Origin: Tagaea sp.
GTDB lineage: Bacteria > Pseudomonadota > Alphaproteobacteria > CACIAM-22H2
Assembly (NCBI GenBank): GCA_965279525.1
Contig: CBDIIB010000003.1
Location: forward strand, 128,001-192,000
Direction: 5' to 3'
DNA length: 64,000 bases
Every line of letters starts with the position of its first letter. The first letter of the stretch is position 1. The position numbers were made by a program, and so were the translations under genes. Shown here piece after piece: positions 47,293 to 56,681 of this stretch. The notes under the pieces were generated by a model. It saw nothing but the letters and a program-made list of their open reading frames with translations, was not told the DNA's origin and ran no database searches.

Positions 47293-48675
47293 GTGAGCGC
47301 TAAATCGGAGTCAACTCCCAGCAAGCAGACGCGGCGCGAGACTACGCGAGCGGTCGCGAGCTTTGCCGCGGACTCGAAGTTCGCCTCTCTGCCAGAAAAT
47401 GTGAAAGCCGAAGCAGCGCGCGGCTTCATGAACTGGCTCGGCTGCGCGTTGGGAGGGTGTCAGGAGCCGGCTGTGGGAATTGCCGCAGCGATGATGGCCG
47501 AGACGGGAGGCAAGCCGCAGGCGTCGATCATTGGTCATGGGCAGTGCACCGATGTTGCTGGTGCTGCATTCGTGAATTGCATCAGTTCGAGTATTCTCGC
47601 GTTCGACGATGCCCACTTGCCGACCGTGACACATCCAACGGGTCCGGTGGCATCGTCGCTATTCGCCTTGAGCGAGACGCTTGCTACGTCAGGGGAGGAC
47701 TTCCTCAACGCCTTTGCTGTGGGCGTCGAAGTCACATGCCGACTGAGTAACGTGCTGCTGCTTCCGCCCTCCAGGTTCAACCTTGGTTTCTATGTTACCG
47801 GGCTGACTGCCCCGATCGGCGTCGCCGTAGCGGTCGGGCGCCTGCTCAAGCTCGATGAGCAGCGTATGAGCTGGGCGATTGGCCTTGCAGCCTCTCAATC
47901 CTCCGGCTTCCGCTCGACACATGGGACGATGACCGCACACTTCCGTCCAGGACATGCCACGCGAGCGGGCGTATGGGCCGCGCTGTTGGCTGCCAAAGGG
48001 TTTACTTCGTCGGAGGATGCCTTGGAGGCCGAGAAAGGCTTCTTTGACGTGTTTTCGGCCGGAGCGGATCTCGGGCACGCGGTGGATGGTCTTGGTCAGC
48101 GTTACGAGCTGCTCCTGAACGCGTACAAACCCTATCCGTGTGGAATCGTAATCCATCCGACCATTGATGCATGTCTTGAGCTCAGGCAACAGCTCAGCCC
48201 GGCTTCCAATCTGAAAAGGGTTTCGATCAGAGTTCACCCTATGGCGCTAAGCCTCACCGGGATTCGAACACCAACTGACACTTTGGAATGTCACATAAGC
48301 ATTTTCCACTGGGTGGCTGTGTCACTCCTGCGCGGTCATGCGGGATTGGCCGAGACCACGCAGGAGTGCATTGATGATCCTCAAGTTTCTGCGCTGCGTC
48401 TGCTCGTCGACGCAACTCCGGATCCGGCACTCAAGAAAGGCGAGTCGATCGTAGAGGTCACGCGATCCGATGGCGTTGTCGTTAGAGAGCATGTCGTAAA
48501 TGCGCGCGGCAGTATCGAGAGGCCGATGTCCGACACTGAGTTGAACGCTAAGTTCAGGGAGCAGTCGAATCTTGTCCTCTCAGCCCATGCCACGGAAGAT
48601 CTGCTGTTAGCATCGAGAGGCGCAGCCGCACTGAGCGACGTCGGCAGAGAGATCGCAGCCATCTTGCATAAGTGA
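47293..48675 (+). CDS. MmgE/PrpD family protein
   Basis: FDDAH...THP, YKPYPCG..IHP. Confidence 0.9.
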   Translation: MSAKSESTPSKQTRRETTRAVASFAADSKFASLPENVKAEAARGFMNWLGCALGGCQEPAVGIAAAMMAETGGKPQASIIGHGQCTDVAGAAFVNCISSSILAFDDAHLPTVTHPTGPVASSLFALSETLATSGEDFLNAFAVGVEVTCRLSNVLLLPPSRFNLGFYVTGLTAPIGVAVAVGRLLKLDEQRMSWAIGLAASQSSGFRSTHGTMTAHFRPGHATRAGVWAALLAAKGFTSSEDALEAEKGFFDVFSAGADLGHAVDGLGQRYELLLNAYKPYPCGIVIHPTIDACLELRQQLSPASNLKRVSIRVHPMALSLTGIRTPTDTLECHISIFHWVAVSLLRGHAGLAETTQECIDDPQVSALRLLVDATPDPALKKGESIVEVTRSDGVVVREHVVNARGSIERPMSDTELNAKFREQSNLVLSAHATEDLLLASRGAAALSDVGREIAAILHK

Positions 48676-48742
48676 TCAGTTTTCGGGTTTAGTCGGTGTC
48701 AAAATATTATGTAATTTCATTGTGATAGAGGTCGTTTTAGTT

Positions 48743-48759
48743 ATTTGGTCTGATATTAT
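48743..48759. promoter_or_regulatory. Candidate FadR-type operator (weaker)
   Basis: ATTTGGTCTGATATTAT in the AT-rich gap before the SDR-ABC operon. Confidence 0.35.
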
Positions 48760-48867
48760 TGCCTTGACAGAATAATGGTATGACATTTTACTCGACAGTC
48801 TAAAACAATAGCGCTTCCACGTCGGTCCTGCGCCGATAAGTGGTCAAAGCGCGAAAGGTCCAGGGAG

Positions 48868-49731
48868 ATGATTGCGCAGCGCCCGACGGCAGATCCGGTA
48901 ACTGAAAAAGGCGATCGCGTTCGCGGCAAGGTCGCGATCGTTACCGGCGCAGGCTCAACAGCCCCAGGCATCGGCAACGGGCGAGGGGCTGCGCTATTGC
49001 TGGCGCGTCATGGTGCCAAGGTTGGCCTCATCGACTCTGACGAAGCCTCCGTCAATGAAACCGCGCAGATGGTCGCGGACGACGGTGGAGAAGCGCTCGT
49101 TATTCGTGCCGACGTGACCAATGTCGATGACTGTCAGAAAGCAGTGAGCGCTACCGTTGAGCGCTTCGGCGGCCTCGACATTTTAGTCAACAATGTTGGT
49201 ACCAGTAAGGTTCGCGGCAACGCAGTGGATATCGATCTGGACGAATGGGACCGCGGCATGCAGGTCAACGTCAAGTCGATGGTGATGATGGTCCGCTTCG
49301 CTGTTCCCGAGATGAAAAAGCGAGGTGGCGGCTCGATTATCAACATCTCTTCCATTACGGCATTGCATGGCGGGCACCCCAATCTGCTGTATCCGACATC
49401 GAAGGCCGCTGTAGTGCATCTGACCCGCACAATGGCCGGCCATCATGGCCCGGATGGTATCCGGGTGAACTGTGTGGCGCCGGGTTTTGTCTATACGCCG
49501 GTCGTCTATGGCCGCGGCCTAGAGGAAGGCGTGCGCGAAATGCGCCGGGATGCTTCGGCGCTTAAGACGGAGGGAACGGGATGGGATGTCGCTTACGGCA
49601 TTCTGTATCTCGCAAGTGATGAGGCGCGTTGGATTACGGGTGTCCTTCTTCCGATTGATGCCGGTGTGAGCTCCATCTCGCCCCATTTTCAGACGAGCGC
49701 CCGACGGCTTGACTGGAAGGCAAAGGCGTAG
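48868..49731 (+). CDS. SDR family oxidoreductase
   Basis: TGAGS...GIGNG, NNVG, YPTSK. Confidence 0.92.
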   Translation: MIAQRPTADPVTEKGDRVRGKVAIVTGAGSTAPGIGNGRGAALLLARHGAKVGLIDSDEASVNETAQMVADDGGEALVIRADVTNVDDCQKAVSATVERFGGLDILVNNVGTSKVRGNAVDIDLDEWDRGMQVNVKSMVMMVRFAVPEMKKRGGGSIINISSITALHGGHPNLLYPTSKAAVVHLTRTMAGHHGPDGIRVNCVAPGFVYTPVVYGRGLEEGVREMRRDASALKTEGTGWDVAYGILYLASDEARWITGVLLPIDAGVSSISPHFQTSARRLDWKAKA

Positions 49732-49829
49732 ATGGGTCGCCCGAAGACTCAGCGGGTCGCAGGCCGACAGCGCCGCGTGTTCGAAGAGCGGATCGTCTCT
49801 GCGTTCCGATCTGTTCACGGGAGAACGTC

Positions 49830-50639
49830 ATGAATCTTGTTTCAAGCGATTTACTAGGCGCGAAGAACGCGATGCAGAACGTCAACCCCAAAAACGAGAT
49901 CGATTTCGATCAGGCGGTCGTTCGATTTGGAAATCTCACGGCGATGGGGCCGACGACCCTTTCGGTCAAGCGCGGAGAATTTCTCGCAATTGTCGGACCA
50001 AGCGGCTGTGGAAAATCGACGCTGCTGAATTTGGTTGCCGGCACTCTTAATCCCTCATCGGGCTCAGTGCTATATCGGGGCGCGCCGGTCAACGGGCCGA
50101 ACCGTGACGTCGGCTATATCACGCAGAAAAACTACTGTCTGCCCTGGCGAACCGTAGAGCAGAACATTGCTCTACCTCTCGAGTTGCGTGACTTTTCTAA
50201 GAGCGAGATCGCTGACCGAGTCTCTGCAGCGATAAAGAAGATCGGGCTTAGCGGTTTCGAACGATCCTATCCGCGGCAGCTCTCTGGCGGAATGCTCCAG
50301 CGGGTTCTCATTGCTCGCACCCTGGCCTATCAACCGACTACATATCTAATGGATGAGCCATTTGGCAGTCTGGATGCACAGTTGCGACTGCGCATGCACA
50401 ACGATCTGCTCGATTTGTGGGCCGAGTCTGGCGCCACTTTCGTGTTTGTCACACACGATCTTCATGAGGCAATCACTCTGGCGGACCGTGTCGTCGTAAT
50501 GTCGCATCGTCCCGGAACACCAAAGCTCGTCCTCGATATCGACCTCAAGCGGCCTCGTGATGTCGTTCACGTGCAAGCCAATCCGGCTTTTGGCCGATAC
50601 TTCACCCAATTGTGGGAAGCCTTGGATGTCCAGATCTAG
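49830..50639 (+). CDS. ABC transporter ATP-binding protein (TauB/SsuB type)
   Basis: GPSGCGKS, LSGGM, MDEPFGSLD, FVTHD. Confidence 0.93.
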   Translation: MNLVSSDLLGAKNAMQNVNPKNEIDFDQAVVRFGNLTAMGPTTLSVKRGEFLAIVGPSGCGKSTLLNLVAGTLNPSSGSVLYRGAPVNGPNRDVGYITQKNYCLPWRTVEQNIALPLELRDFSKSEIADRVSAAIKKIGLSGFERSYPRQLSGGMLQRVLIARTLAYQPTTYLMDEPFGSLDAQLRLRMHNDLLDLWAESGATFVFVTHDLHEAITLADRVVVMSHRPGTPKLVLDIDLKRPRDVVHVQANPAFGRYFTQLWEALDVQI

Positions 50640-50659
50640 CCATCAAGGAGTATCTCGCC

Positions 50660-51532
50660 GTGGATAGCTCAAGAGCATTACCGGCCGAGGCTGCCTTGGT
50701 CTCGAATGAGACGAGTCCGCAATCAGGCGGCCGTAAGTCGGCAATGCGGCGGTCGCTCGCAAATGGCCGACTGCTTGTCTACCAGGTGCTGTTGCTGCTA
50801 GCGATGATGCTGCTCTGGGAATTCAATTCTTATCATTTCGATCTGGAGTTCTGGGTCAGCAGCCCGAGCGCCATCCTTCGCAGCCTCGTCAAATGGCACG
50901 CTACGGGATTGCTGTGGAGCGATCTGCAGATCACGCTTCTGGAAGCATCAGTAGGTTTCCTCGTGGGAGCCTTTGTAGGCGCGGTTTTAGGGTTCCTGTT
51001 GGGTTGGGTTCGGCTGCTTGGCGATCTTTTGGAGCCGTTCGCGCTGTCGCTCTATACGGTGCCCAAGATCGCATTGGCGCCTCTCTTTATCCTGTGGTTT
51101 GGAATTGGCCCGATCAACAAGATGATGTTCTCCGCCATGCTTGTCGCCATGATGGTCTTCATCACCACATTCCAGGGTGTCAGGCAGGTCGATCGAGATC
51201 TGGTGGCGAATGTTGTACTTCTCGGTGCCAGACCTTTCCAGACTTGGACTAAGATTGCGATCCCGTACGCGGCTGTCTGGATTTTTACCGGACTTCGCAT
51301 CGGGCTGCCATACGCCCTGATCGGTGCGATCGTCGGCGAATTCATCGCGGCGGACCGTGGTGTCGGCTACCGAATCAAGGAAGCCACATCGTTCTTCGAC
51401 ACGTCAGCGGTCTTTGCCGGAATTCTTGTGCTTATGTTCATCAGTACGATGCTCCTGATGTGCCTGCGTCTTGTGGAGCGTCATGTGCTCCGCTGGCAAA
51501 CGTTGGACCTTTCGGCAACGCGCCGGGAATAG
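50660..51532 (+). CDS. ABC transporter permease (TauC/SsuC type)
   Basis: PKIALAPLFILWFGIG, GAIVGEF; GTG start after AAGGAG. Confidence 0.92.
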   Translation: MDSSRALPAEAALVSNETSPQSGGRKSAMRRSLANGRLLVYQVLLLLAMMLLWEFNSYHFDLEFWVSSPSAILRSLVKWHATGLLWSDLQITLLEASVGFLVGAFVGAVLGFLLGWVRLLGDLLEPFALSLYTVPKIALAPLFILWFGIGPINKMMFSAMLVAMMVFITTFQGVRQVDRDLVANVVLLGARPFQTWTKIAIPYAAVWIFTGLRIGLPYALIGAIVGEFIAADRGVGYRIKEATSFFDTSAVFAGILVLMFISTMLLMCLRLVERHVLRWQTLDLSATRRE

Positions 51533-51535
51533 GGA

Positions 51536-52561
51536 ATGCGCGCCGCACAGCTCACGATTCGGGAGCAGGGCAGCTTCGCAGTCGGCGGCGCCGTGGTGAA
51601 GAATCCAGGCCGTTACGACCCAACGAAATTAAGCCCGGATGGACAGACGCTGCATGGAGACCATGCCTATGTTTTCTATCAGGTCCCCGTGGCGGCCCGG
51701 AAATTCCCCCTGGTGCTCCTTCATGGAAATTCGCAGTTCTCGAAGACTTGGGAAACCACCCCGGACGGCCGCGAGGGGTATCAGAACATCTTTTTGCGAC
51801 GCGGCTTCAGCGTTTACCTAGTCGACCATCCGCGACGGGGAAACGCCGGGCGCAGCACGCTTCCGGCGACGCTGACTGCTACACCCGAAGATCAAATCTG
51901 GTTCGACAGGTTCCGGGTGGGCGTATGGCCCGAGTTCTTTTCTGGGGTGCAGTTCTCCGGAACACCGGAGACCCTGAATCAATACTTCCGGCAGATCACG
52001 CCAGATACCGGCCCCTTCGATGTGCAAGTGGCATCGGATGCCGTCGCTGCCCTTTTTGACAAAATCGGACCTGCCGTTCTGGTAAGTCATTCGCAAGGTG
52101 GGGGCGTCGGTTGGTTTTCGGCAATCAAGAGCGCGAGCATCCGCGCAATCGTATGTTACGAGCCGGGAAGCAATTTTCCCTTCCCGCCGGGTGAAGTGCC
52201 CCTGCCGATGCCTAGCGCCGGCGGGACACTCGCGGCCGTTGGCGTGCCGATGTCGGACTTCAAGCGGATCACAAGGATTCCGATCGTCATCTTCTACGGC
52301 GACAATATTCCAGAGCAACCGGTGGCGAACGTCGGTCAGGACCAATGGCGCGTACGTCTGGCGATGACCAGGCTGTGGGTTCAAGCCGTGAATCGCCATG
52401 GTGGTGATGCCGCCCTTGTCTGTCTGCCGGAGATCGGCATTCGAGGAAATACCCACTTTCCCTTCTCCGATCTCAACAATGTCGAGATTGCAGACGAGAT
52501 GTCAAAATTCCTGAGTGCAAAGAAGCTGGATGTGTTTTGCGATACTCAACAACAAACATAA
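51536..52561 (+). CDS. Alpha/beta fold hydrolase, paralog of 28770-29861, no signal peptide
   Basis: QFSKTWETTPDGREG, SHSQGG, LPEIGIRGNTHFPFSDLNN. Confidence 0.88.
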   Translation: MRAAQLTIREQGSFAVGGAVVKNPGRYDPTKLSPDGQTLHGDHAYVFYQVPVAARKFPLVLLHGNSQFSKTWETTPDGREGYQNIFLRRGFSVYLVDHPRRGNAGRSTLPATLTATPEDQIWFDRFRVGVWPEFFSGVQFSGTPETLNQYFRQITPDTGPFDVQVASDAVAALFDKIGPAVLVSHSQGGGVGWFSAIKSASIRAIVCYEPGSNFPFPPGEVPLPMPSAGGTLAAVGVPMSDFKRITRIPIVIFYGDNIPEQPVANVGQDQWRVRLAMTRLWVQAVNRHGGDAALVCLPEIGIRGNTHFPFSDLNNVEIADEMSKFLSAKKLDVFCDTQQQT

Positions 52562-52576
52562 AACACGGAGGAGAAA

Positions 52577-53584
52577 ATGATCAACGTATCGAGACTCAAG
52601 ACTTGGGCCTTCACGGGGTTCCTGATTGTGACGGCGGTCTTCATCGTGCCGCATACGTCTTCCGCTCAGGAACTACGGAAGATCAGTATTGCGCTTAGTT
52701 CTTCGAGCATTCCTGCCGGAGCTGCGCGGATCGCCAAGGAAATGGGGTTTTTCGAAAAGCACGGCCTGTCAGCGACGGTCACTCCGATGGATACTGGCTC
52801 CGTCGCCTCGGCCGCGCTTATGTCGGGTGCTGTGAATTTCGTTACAACCGGCCCGAGCGACGTCGTGGTCGCTCAGGGCCGAGGACTGAAAATCGTCGCA
52901 CTGACAGCAGTGTATCGAGGCTTTGCTGCCACTATCGTTCTCTCCAAGGAAGCCGCCGCGAAAACCGGCGTTTCACCAACAGCTCCTATCGAAGCACGAC
53001 TCAAGGCGCTCAACGGCTTGAAAATCGCGACGACGAGCGCCAGCTCGACGTTCGCAATCGCTCCGAAGGCTGCAACGGAAGGCGTGGGTGCGAACATTAA
53101 CTTCGTCTATATGGCACAGCCGGCTATGGTCGCAGCACTGCAGAGAGGTATAGTTGACGGCATTACGGTATCCGCGCCTTATTACGTGCCGCCTGTCCTC
53201 GCTGGCACGGGCGTAATCTGGGTTAGCGGCCCGAGAGGCGATTTTCCAAAAGCTGCTGCCCCGGTGAATTCGGTTGTCGTGCTTGTGCAGCAAGCCTTCG
53301 CTACCGCCAATCCTGAACTGATGAAGCAGGTCAGTGCTTCTTTTGCGGATGTCTGGAAGGCCATCGATGAACGCCCTGCCGATGTGAAGGCTGCGATGGC
53401 CAAAATCTGGCCGGACCTCGATGCCAAGACTATCGACTTGGTCTTTGAGACCGAAGGTCCCGGATTCAAGGCGCAACCGTTGACGGTCGACGAAATGGCG
53501 CATGAGATTGCCTTCATGAAACTGGGCGGGGCCGATCTGCCGCGTGGTGACAGCCTCGATCCCGCCGCCATGATCTTTCGGTGA
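52577..53584 (+). CDS. ABC transporter substrate-binding protein (SsuA/NMT1 type)
   Basis: Signal peptide, GFFEKHGL, operon context. Confidence 0.87.
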   Translation: MINVSRLKTWAFTGFLIVTAVFIVPHTSSAQELRKISIALSSSSIPAGAARIAKEMGFFEKHGLSATVTPMDTGSVASAALMSGAVNFVTTGPSDVVVAQGRGLKIVALTAVYRGFAATIVLSKEAAAKTGVSPTAPIEARLKALNGLKIATTSASSTFAIAPKAATEGVGANINFVYMAQPAMVAALQRGIVDGITVSAPYYVPPVLAGTGVIWVSGPRGDFPKAAAPVNSVVVLVQQAFATANPELMKQVSASFADVWKAIDERPADVKAAMAKIWPDLDAKTIDLVFETEGPGFKAQPLTVDEMAHEIAFMKLGGADLPRGDSLDPAAMIFR

Positions 53585-53604
53585 AATTGCGATAGCAACA
53601 AGCT

Positions 53605-53643
53605 GCTCCTCACCCGGTCGACGGTGCAATCCGGGTGAGGAGC
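53605..53643 (+). terminator. Stem-loop at end of ABC operon
   Basis: 13-bp perfect stem GCTCCTCACCCGG/CCGGGTGAGGAGC. Confidence 0.6.
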
Positions 53644-53928
53644 GGGAATGCCCGTCATCAGAACAATCAGGACGTATCGAGGCCGTTGTTATCGCAGGCT
53701 TGGCGCATCTGGCGGCGAATTTCGAGGCCACGCTGCTCAACCGTGCCATTTGACGGTGGCCGCTTCATTGGGTTCATCATCTTGGCGACCAGCTCCAAGT
53801 TGGCCGTCTGGGATTTTGACCGATTGCGGCGTATGTTGATGGCCTAAAAGTCTGAGATTATCTTGATTAGTTGGAGGACTTGCCCCATTAGGGCTCTAAG
53901 AGTCTCCAACTACCATTGGATACACATC

Positions 53929-53951
53929 AGCGTGATCGGAATCGGCTCTAG
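53929..53951. repeat. IS630-like terminal inverted repeat at the left edge of module D
   Basis: AGCGTGATCGGAATCGGCTCTAG is the exact reverse complement of 60490-60512; the overlapping frame GGA TAC ACA TCA GCG TGA (GYTSA-stop) resembles an IS630 transposase C-terminus. Confidence 0.75.
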
Positions 53952-54967
53952 GCCGCCTTGGCGCGCCTTGCGGAGCCCATGCGGCAGGCGATCCGGAAGG
54001 CCTGACGCGTCGCCTCGGGGTTGGCGATGCCCTGACCGGCGATCTCGTAGGCCGTGCCGTGGGCCGGCGTGCAGATCGGGATCGGCAGGCCGCCGAGCAC
54101 CGTCACGCCCTTGTCGAAGCCCATCAGCTTGATGGCGATCTGTCCCTGGTCGTGGAACATGCTGAGCACGGCGTCGAACTTGCCGTCACGCGCCCGCAGG
54201 TAGACCGTGTCCGACGGGAACGGCCCCTCGACGGCGAACTGCATCGCCTTGGCCTTCTCGACCGCGGGCGTGATCACATCGATCTCCTCGCGCCCGAAAT
54301 TGCCGCCGTCACCGGCATGCGGGTTGAGCGCCGCCACGGCGATGCGCGGCCGGGCAAAGCCCGCTGCCTGCATGGCGTTGTGGGTCAGGCGCAGTGCGTC
54401 GAGAATTCGGTCCACGGTGATCAGCGAGCTCACCTTGGCCAGCGGCACGTGCGACGTGACGCGCGCGTTCCAGATCTTCTCCAGCACGTTGAACTCGCCA
54501 TAGGTGCCCTTGTGCGCGAGCACGTCGGCGGCGAGTTGCAGCTCGTCCTCGTAAGGGTTGCCGGCGAGGCGCAGCGCCGTCTTGTTGAACGGCGTGAAGC
54601 ACAGCGCGTCGACCAGACCGCGCCTGGCCAGGTCGAGACCGTGCTTGAAATTGGTCATGGCGAAACCGCCGCCTTCCGCCGAGGCCTTCTGCAATGTGAT
54701 GGCGGCGGGATCAAGGTGGCCGAGATCGAGAAACACAGGCTGGCCCAAAGCAAGCCGCGCATCCTCGGCGCGCTTCACCACCGGCAGCTTCAGCGACACC
54801 TTGGCGATTCGCTCGCCTTCGGCCAGGACGCGGCGGTCGCCGATCACGAGGATGGCGGCCTGACCTGCCGTCTCCGGCATGGCAAGCAGCCGGGCCATCA
54901 GCTCCGGGCTGATGCCGCAGGGATCCCCCATCACCAGACCGACACGCGCGGGTAGAACGTCGCTCAT
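53948..54967 (-). CDS. pdxA: PdxA family decarboxylating dehydrogenase (probably catabolic, not vitamin B6 synthesis)
   Basis: MGDPCGISPE, VTSHVPL, LNPHAGD, MFHDQG, TPAHGTA. Confidence 0.88.
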   Translation of the reverse strand: MSDVLPARVGLVMGDPCGISPELMARLLAMPETAGQAAILVIGDRRVLAEGERIAKVSLKLPVVKRAEDARLALGQPVFLDLGHLDPAAITLQKASAEGGGFAMTNFKHGLDLARRGLVDALCFTPFNKTALRLAGNPYEDELQLAADVLAHKGTYGEFNVLEKIWNARVTSHVPLAKVSSLITVDRILDALRLTHNAMQAAGFARPRIAVAALNPHAGDGGNFGREEIDVITPAVEKAKAMQFAVEGPFPSDTVYLRARDGKFDAVLSMFHDQGQIAIKLMGFDKGVTVLGGLPIPICTPAHGTAYEIAGQGIANPEATRQAFRIACRMGSARRAKAA

Positions 54968-55018
54968 GTTTCCTCCGTGAGGCCCCCTTTATGACTCAGG
55001 CGGCCGGGGCAAGTCATC

Positions 55019-55035
55019 CTGAATGTTGCATTCAG
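55019..55035. promoter_or_regulatory. Candidate GntR operator, module D
   Basis: Perfect inverted repeat CTGAATG-TTG-CATTCAG between divergent pdxA and dctP. Confidence 0.55.
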
Positions 55036-55110
55036 AATTCAGAAGGGGCAGAGTCCCAATCGCGACGCCTCAATGGCGCGCCGAAACAAGGGAGAAACGC
55101 CGTGATATCG

Positions 55111-56109
55111 ATGAAATCGCTCACGCCGATGCTCGCCGCCTGTGCGGTCGCCATCGGCACCCTGACCTTTGCGAGCGCCGCCTCGGCGCAGACCGTCCTT
55201 CGCTACGCCCATGTCGGCGCGGACGGTGAGTCTCAGACCCGCTACGCCACCGAGCTGGCGGCGCTGATCAGGCAGAAAACCGAAGGCCGCGTGGACATCC
55301 GCGTGTTCCCCGGCTCACAGCTCGGCAACCTCAGCGAGATGGTCAACGGGGTGCGCATCGGCTCGATCGCCATGGCGCATCACGACTTCGCCTCCCTCGA
55401 CCGCATCGTTGAGGATGTCGGCGTATTCAACTCGCCGTTCATCTACCGCGACGCCCGTCATGCGATGAAGGCGACCGACGCCAAGACCTCGCCGGTGCTG
55501 CAGGACATCAACAAGCAGCTCGTCGAAAAGGGCGGTGTGCGCATCGTCGGCAATTTCTATCGCGGGGCACGCCAGCTCTCGGCCAAGTTCGCGGTGAAGA
55601 GCCCTGATGATCTCAAGGGCCGCAAGATCCGCGGCGTCCCCATCAAGCTGTGGAACACCATGCTCGGCGGCATGGGCGCCATCCCCACACCGGTCGAGAT
55701 CACCGAGCTCATGACGGCGCTCTCCACCGGCGTGGTCGATGGGCAGGAGAACCCGCTCAACAACATCATCGCCCAGCGCTTCTACGAGGTGCAGCCCTTC
55801 GTTATGATGACCAGCCACATGGAATCGGTGCTGGCCCTGTTCATCAACGAAGCCGTCTGGCAGCGCCTGCCGGCTCGCGACCGCAGCCTGTTCGAGGAAG
55901 CGGCCGCCGAAATGGCAGGGCGCTCGCTGCAATGGGCGGACGAGGGCGTGAAGAAGGATCAGGACTTCCTGCGCTCCAAGAACGTGACCATCATCGAGGC
56001 CAAGGACGGCCTCAACATCAACGCCTTCCGCACCGCCGTCGGCGCGCAGATGGCGAAGGACTTCCCCAACTGGACAGGCCACATCCAGAAGATCCAGGCC
56101 ATCCAGTAA
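55111..56109 (+). CDS. dctP: TRAP transporter solute-binding protein
   Basis: Signal peptide, FPGSQLG, DLKGRKIR, GVVDGQENP. Confidence 0.93.
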   Translation: MKSLTPMLAACAVAIGTLTFASAASAQTVLRYAHVGADGESQTRYATELAALIRQKTEGRVDIRVFPGSQLGNLSEMVNGVRIGSIAMAHHDFASLDRIVEDVGVFNSPFIYRDARHAMKATDAKTSPVLQDINKQLVEKGGVRIVGNFYRGARQLSAKFAVKSPDDLKGRKIRGVPIKLWNTMLGGMGAIPTPVEITELMTALSTGVVDGQENPLNNIIAQRFYEVQPFVMMTSHMESVLALFINEAVWQRLPARDRSLFEEAAAEMAGRSLQWADEGVKKDQDFLRSKNVTIIEAKDGLNINAFRTAVGAQMAKDFPNWTGHIQKIQAIQ

Positions 56110-56123
56110 CGCAAGCCGCATAG

Positions 56124-56161
56124 CCGCTCGTCATGCCGGCCTTTGCCGGCATGACGAGCGG
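56124..56161 (+). repeat. Intercistronic palindrome (REP-like/mRNA stabiliser)
   Basis: 17-bp perfect stem CCGCTCGTCATGCCGGC/GCCGGCATGACGAGCGG with CTTT loop. Confidence 0.65.
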
Positions 56162-56189
56162 AGCGGATCCGCCGCCCGCGAGACCCTCC

Positions 56190-56672
56190 ATGATCCTCCA
56201 TTACATCCGCAGCGCCTGCGTGGTGATTGGCTGTTTCGCGCTGGCCGCGATTGTCGTGTTGCCCGCCAGCCAGATCGTGCTGCGCGAGCTCGGTGCGCCC
56301 TTCATTGGCATGGAGGAGCTGGCGCGCTACTTCATGATCGTTGTCACCTTCGTCGGCATTCCACTGGTCAACCACGAAGGCGGCCATATCCGCATGGACG
56401 AGATTCACCGCTTCATCCCGCTCTCGGCATCGCAGGTTCTGCGGGTAATCATCGCCATCGTCTCCGGCACCGCCTTTGGCGTCGTGGTCGTCGCCATCTA
56501 CTCGTCGGTGCGTATCACAATGGGCAGCTCGACGCCGACCCTCGGCATCCCCTTCTGGCTGTTCAACGCACCGGCCATGTTCGGGTTGGCGCTGGGTGCT
56601 CTCGAGTTCGTCCTGCAGGCCTGGCGAGTTGCCCGTGGCCAGGACGACGCGGCCGCACCGCGGATCGTCTGA
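56190..56672 (+). CDS. dctQ: TRAP transporter small permease
   Basis: EELARY, HIRMD, four hydrophobic segments. Confidence 0.9.
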   Translation: MILHYIRSACVVIGCFALAAIVVLPASQIVLRELGAPFIGMEELARYFMIVVTFVGIPLVNHEGGHIRMDEIHRFIPLSASQVLRVIIAIVSGTAFGVVVVAIYSSVRITMGSSTPTLGIPFWLFNAPAMFGLALGALEFVLQAWRVARGQDDAAAPRIV

Positions 56673-56681
56673 GAGGCCACC

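Noticed and set aside
56133-56189. Earlier start for dctQ
   Set aside because: That ATG lies inside the 17-bp hairpin; 56190 gives a typical DctQ.
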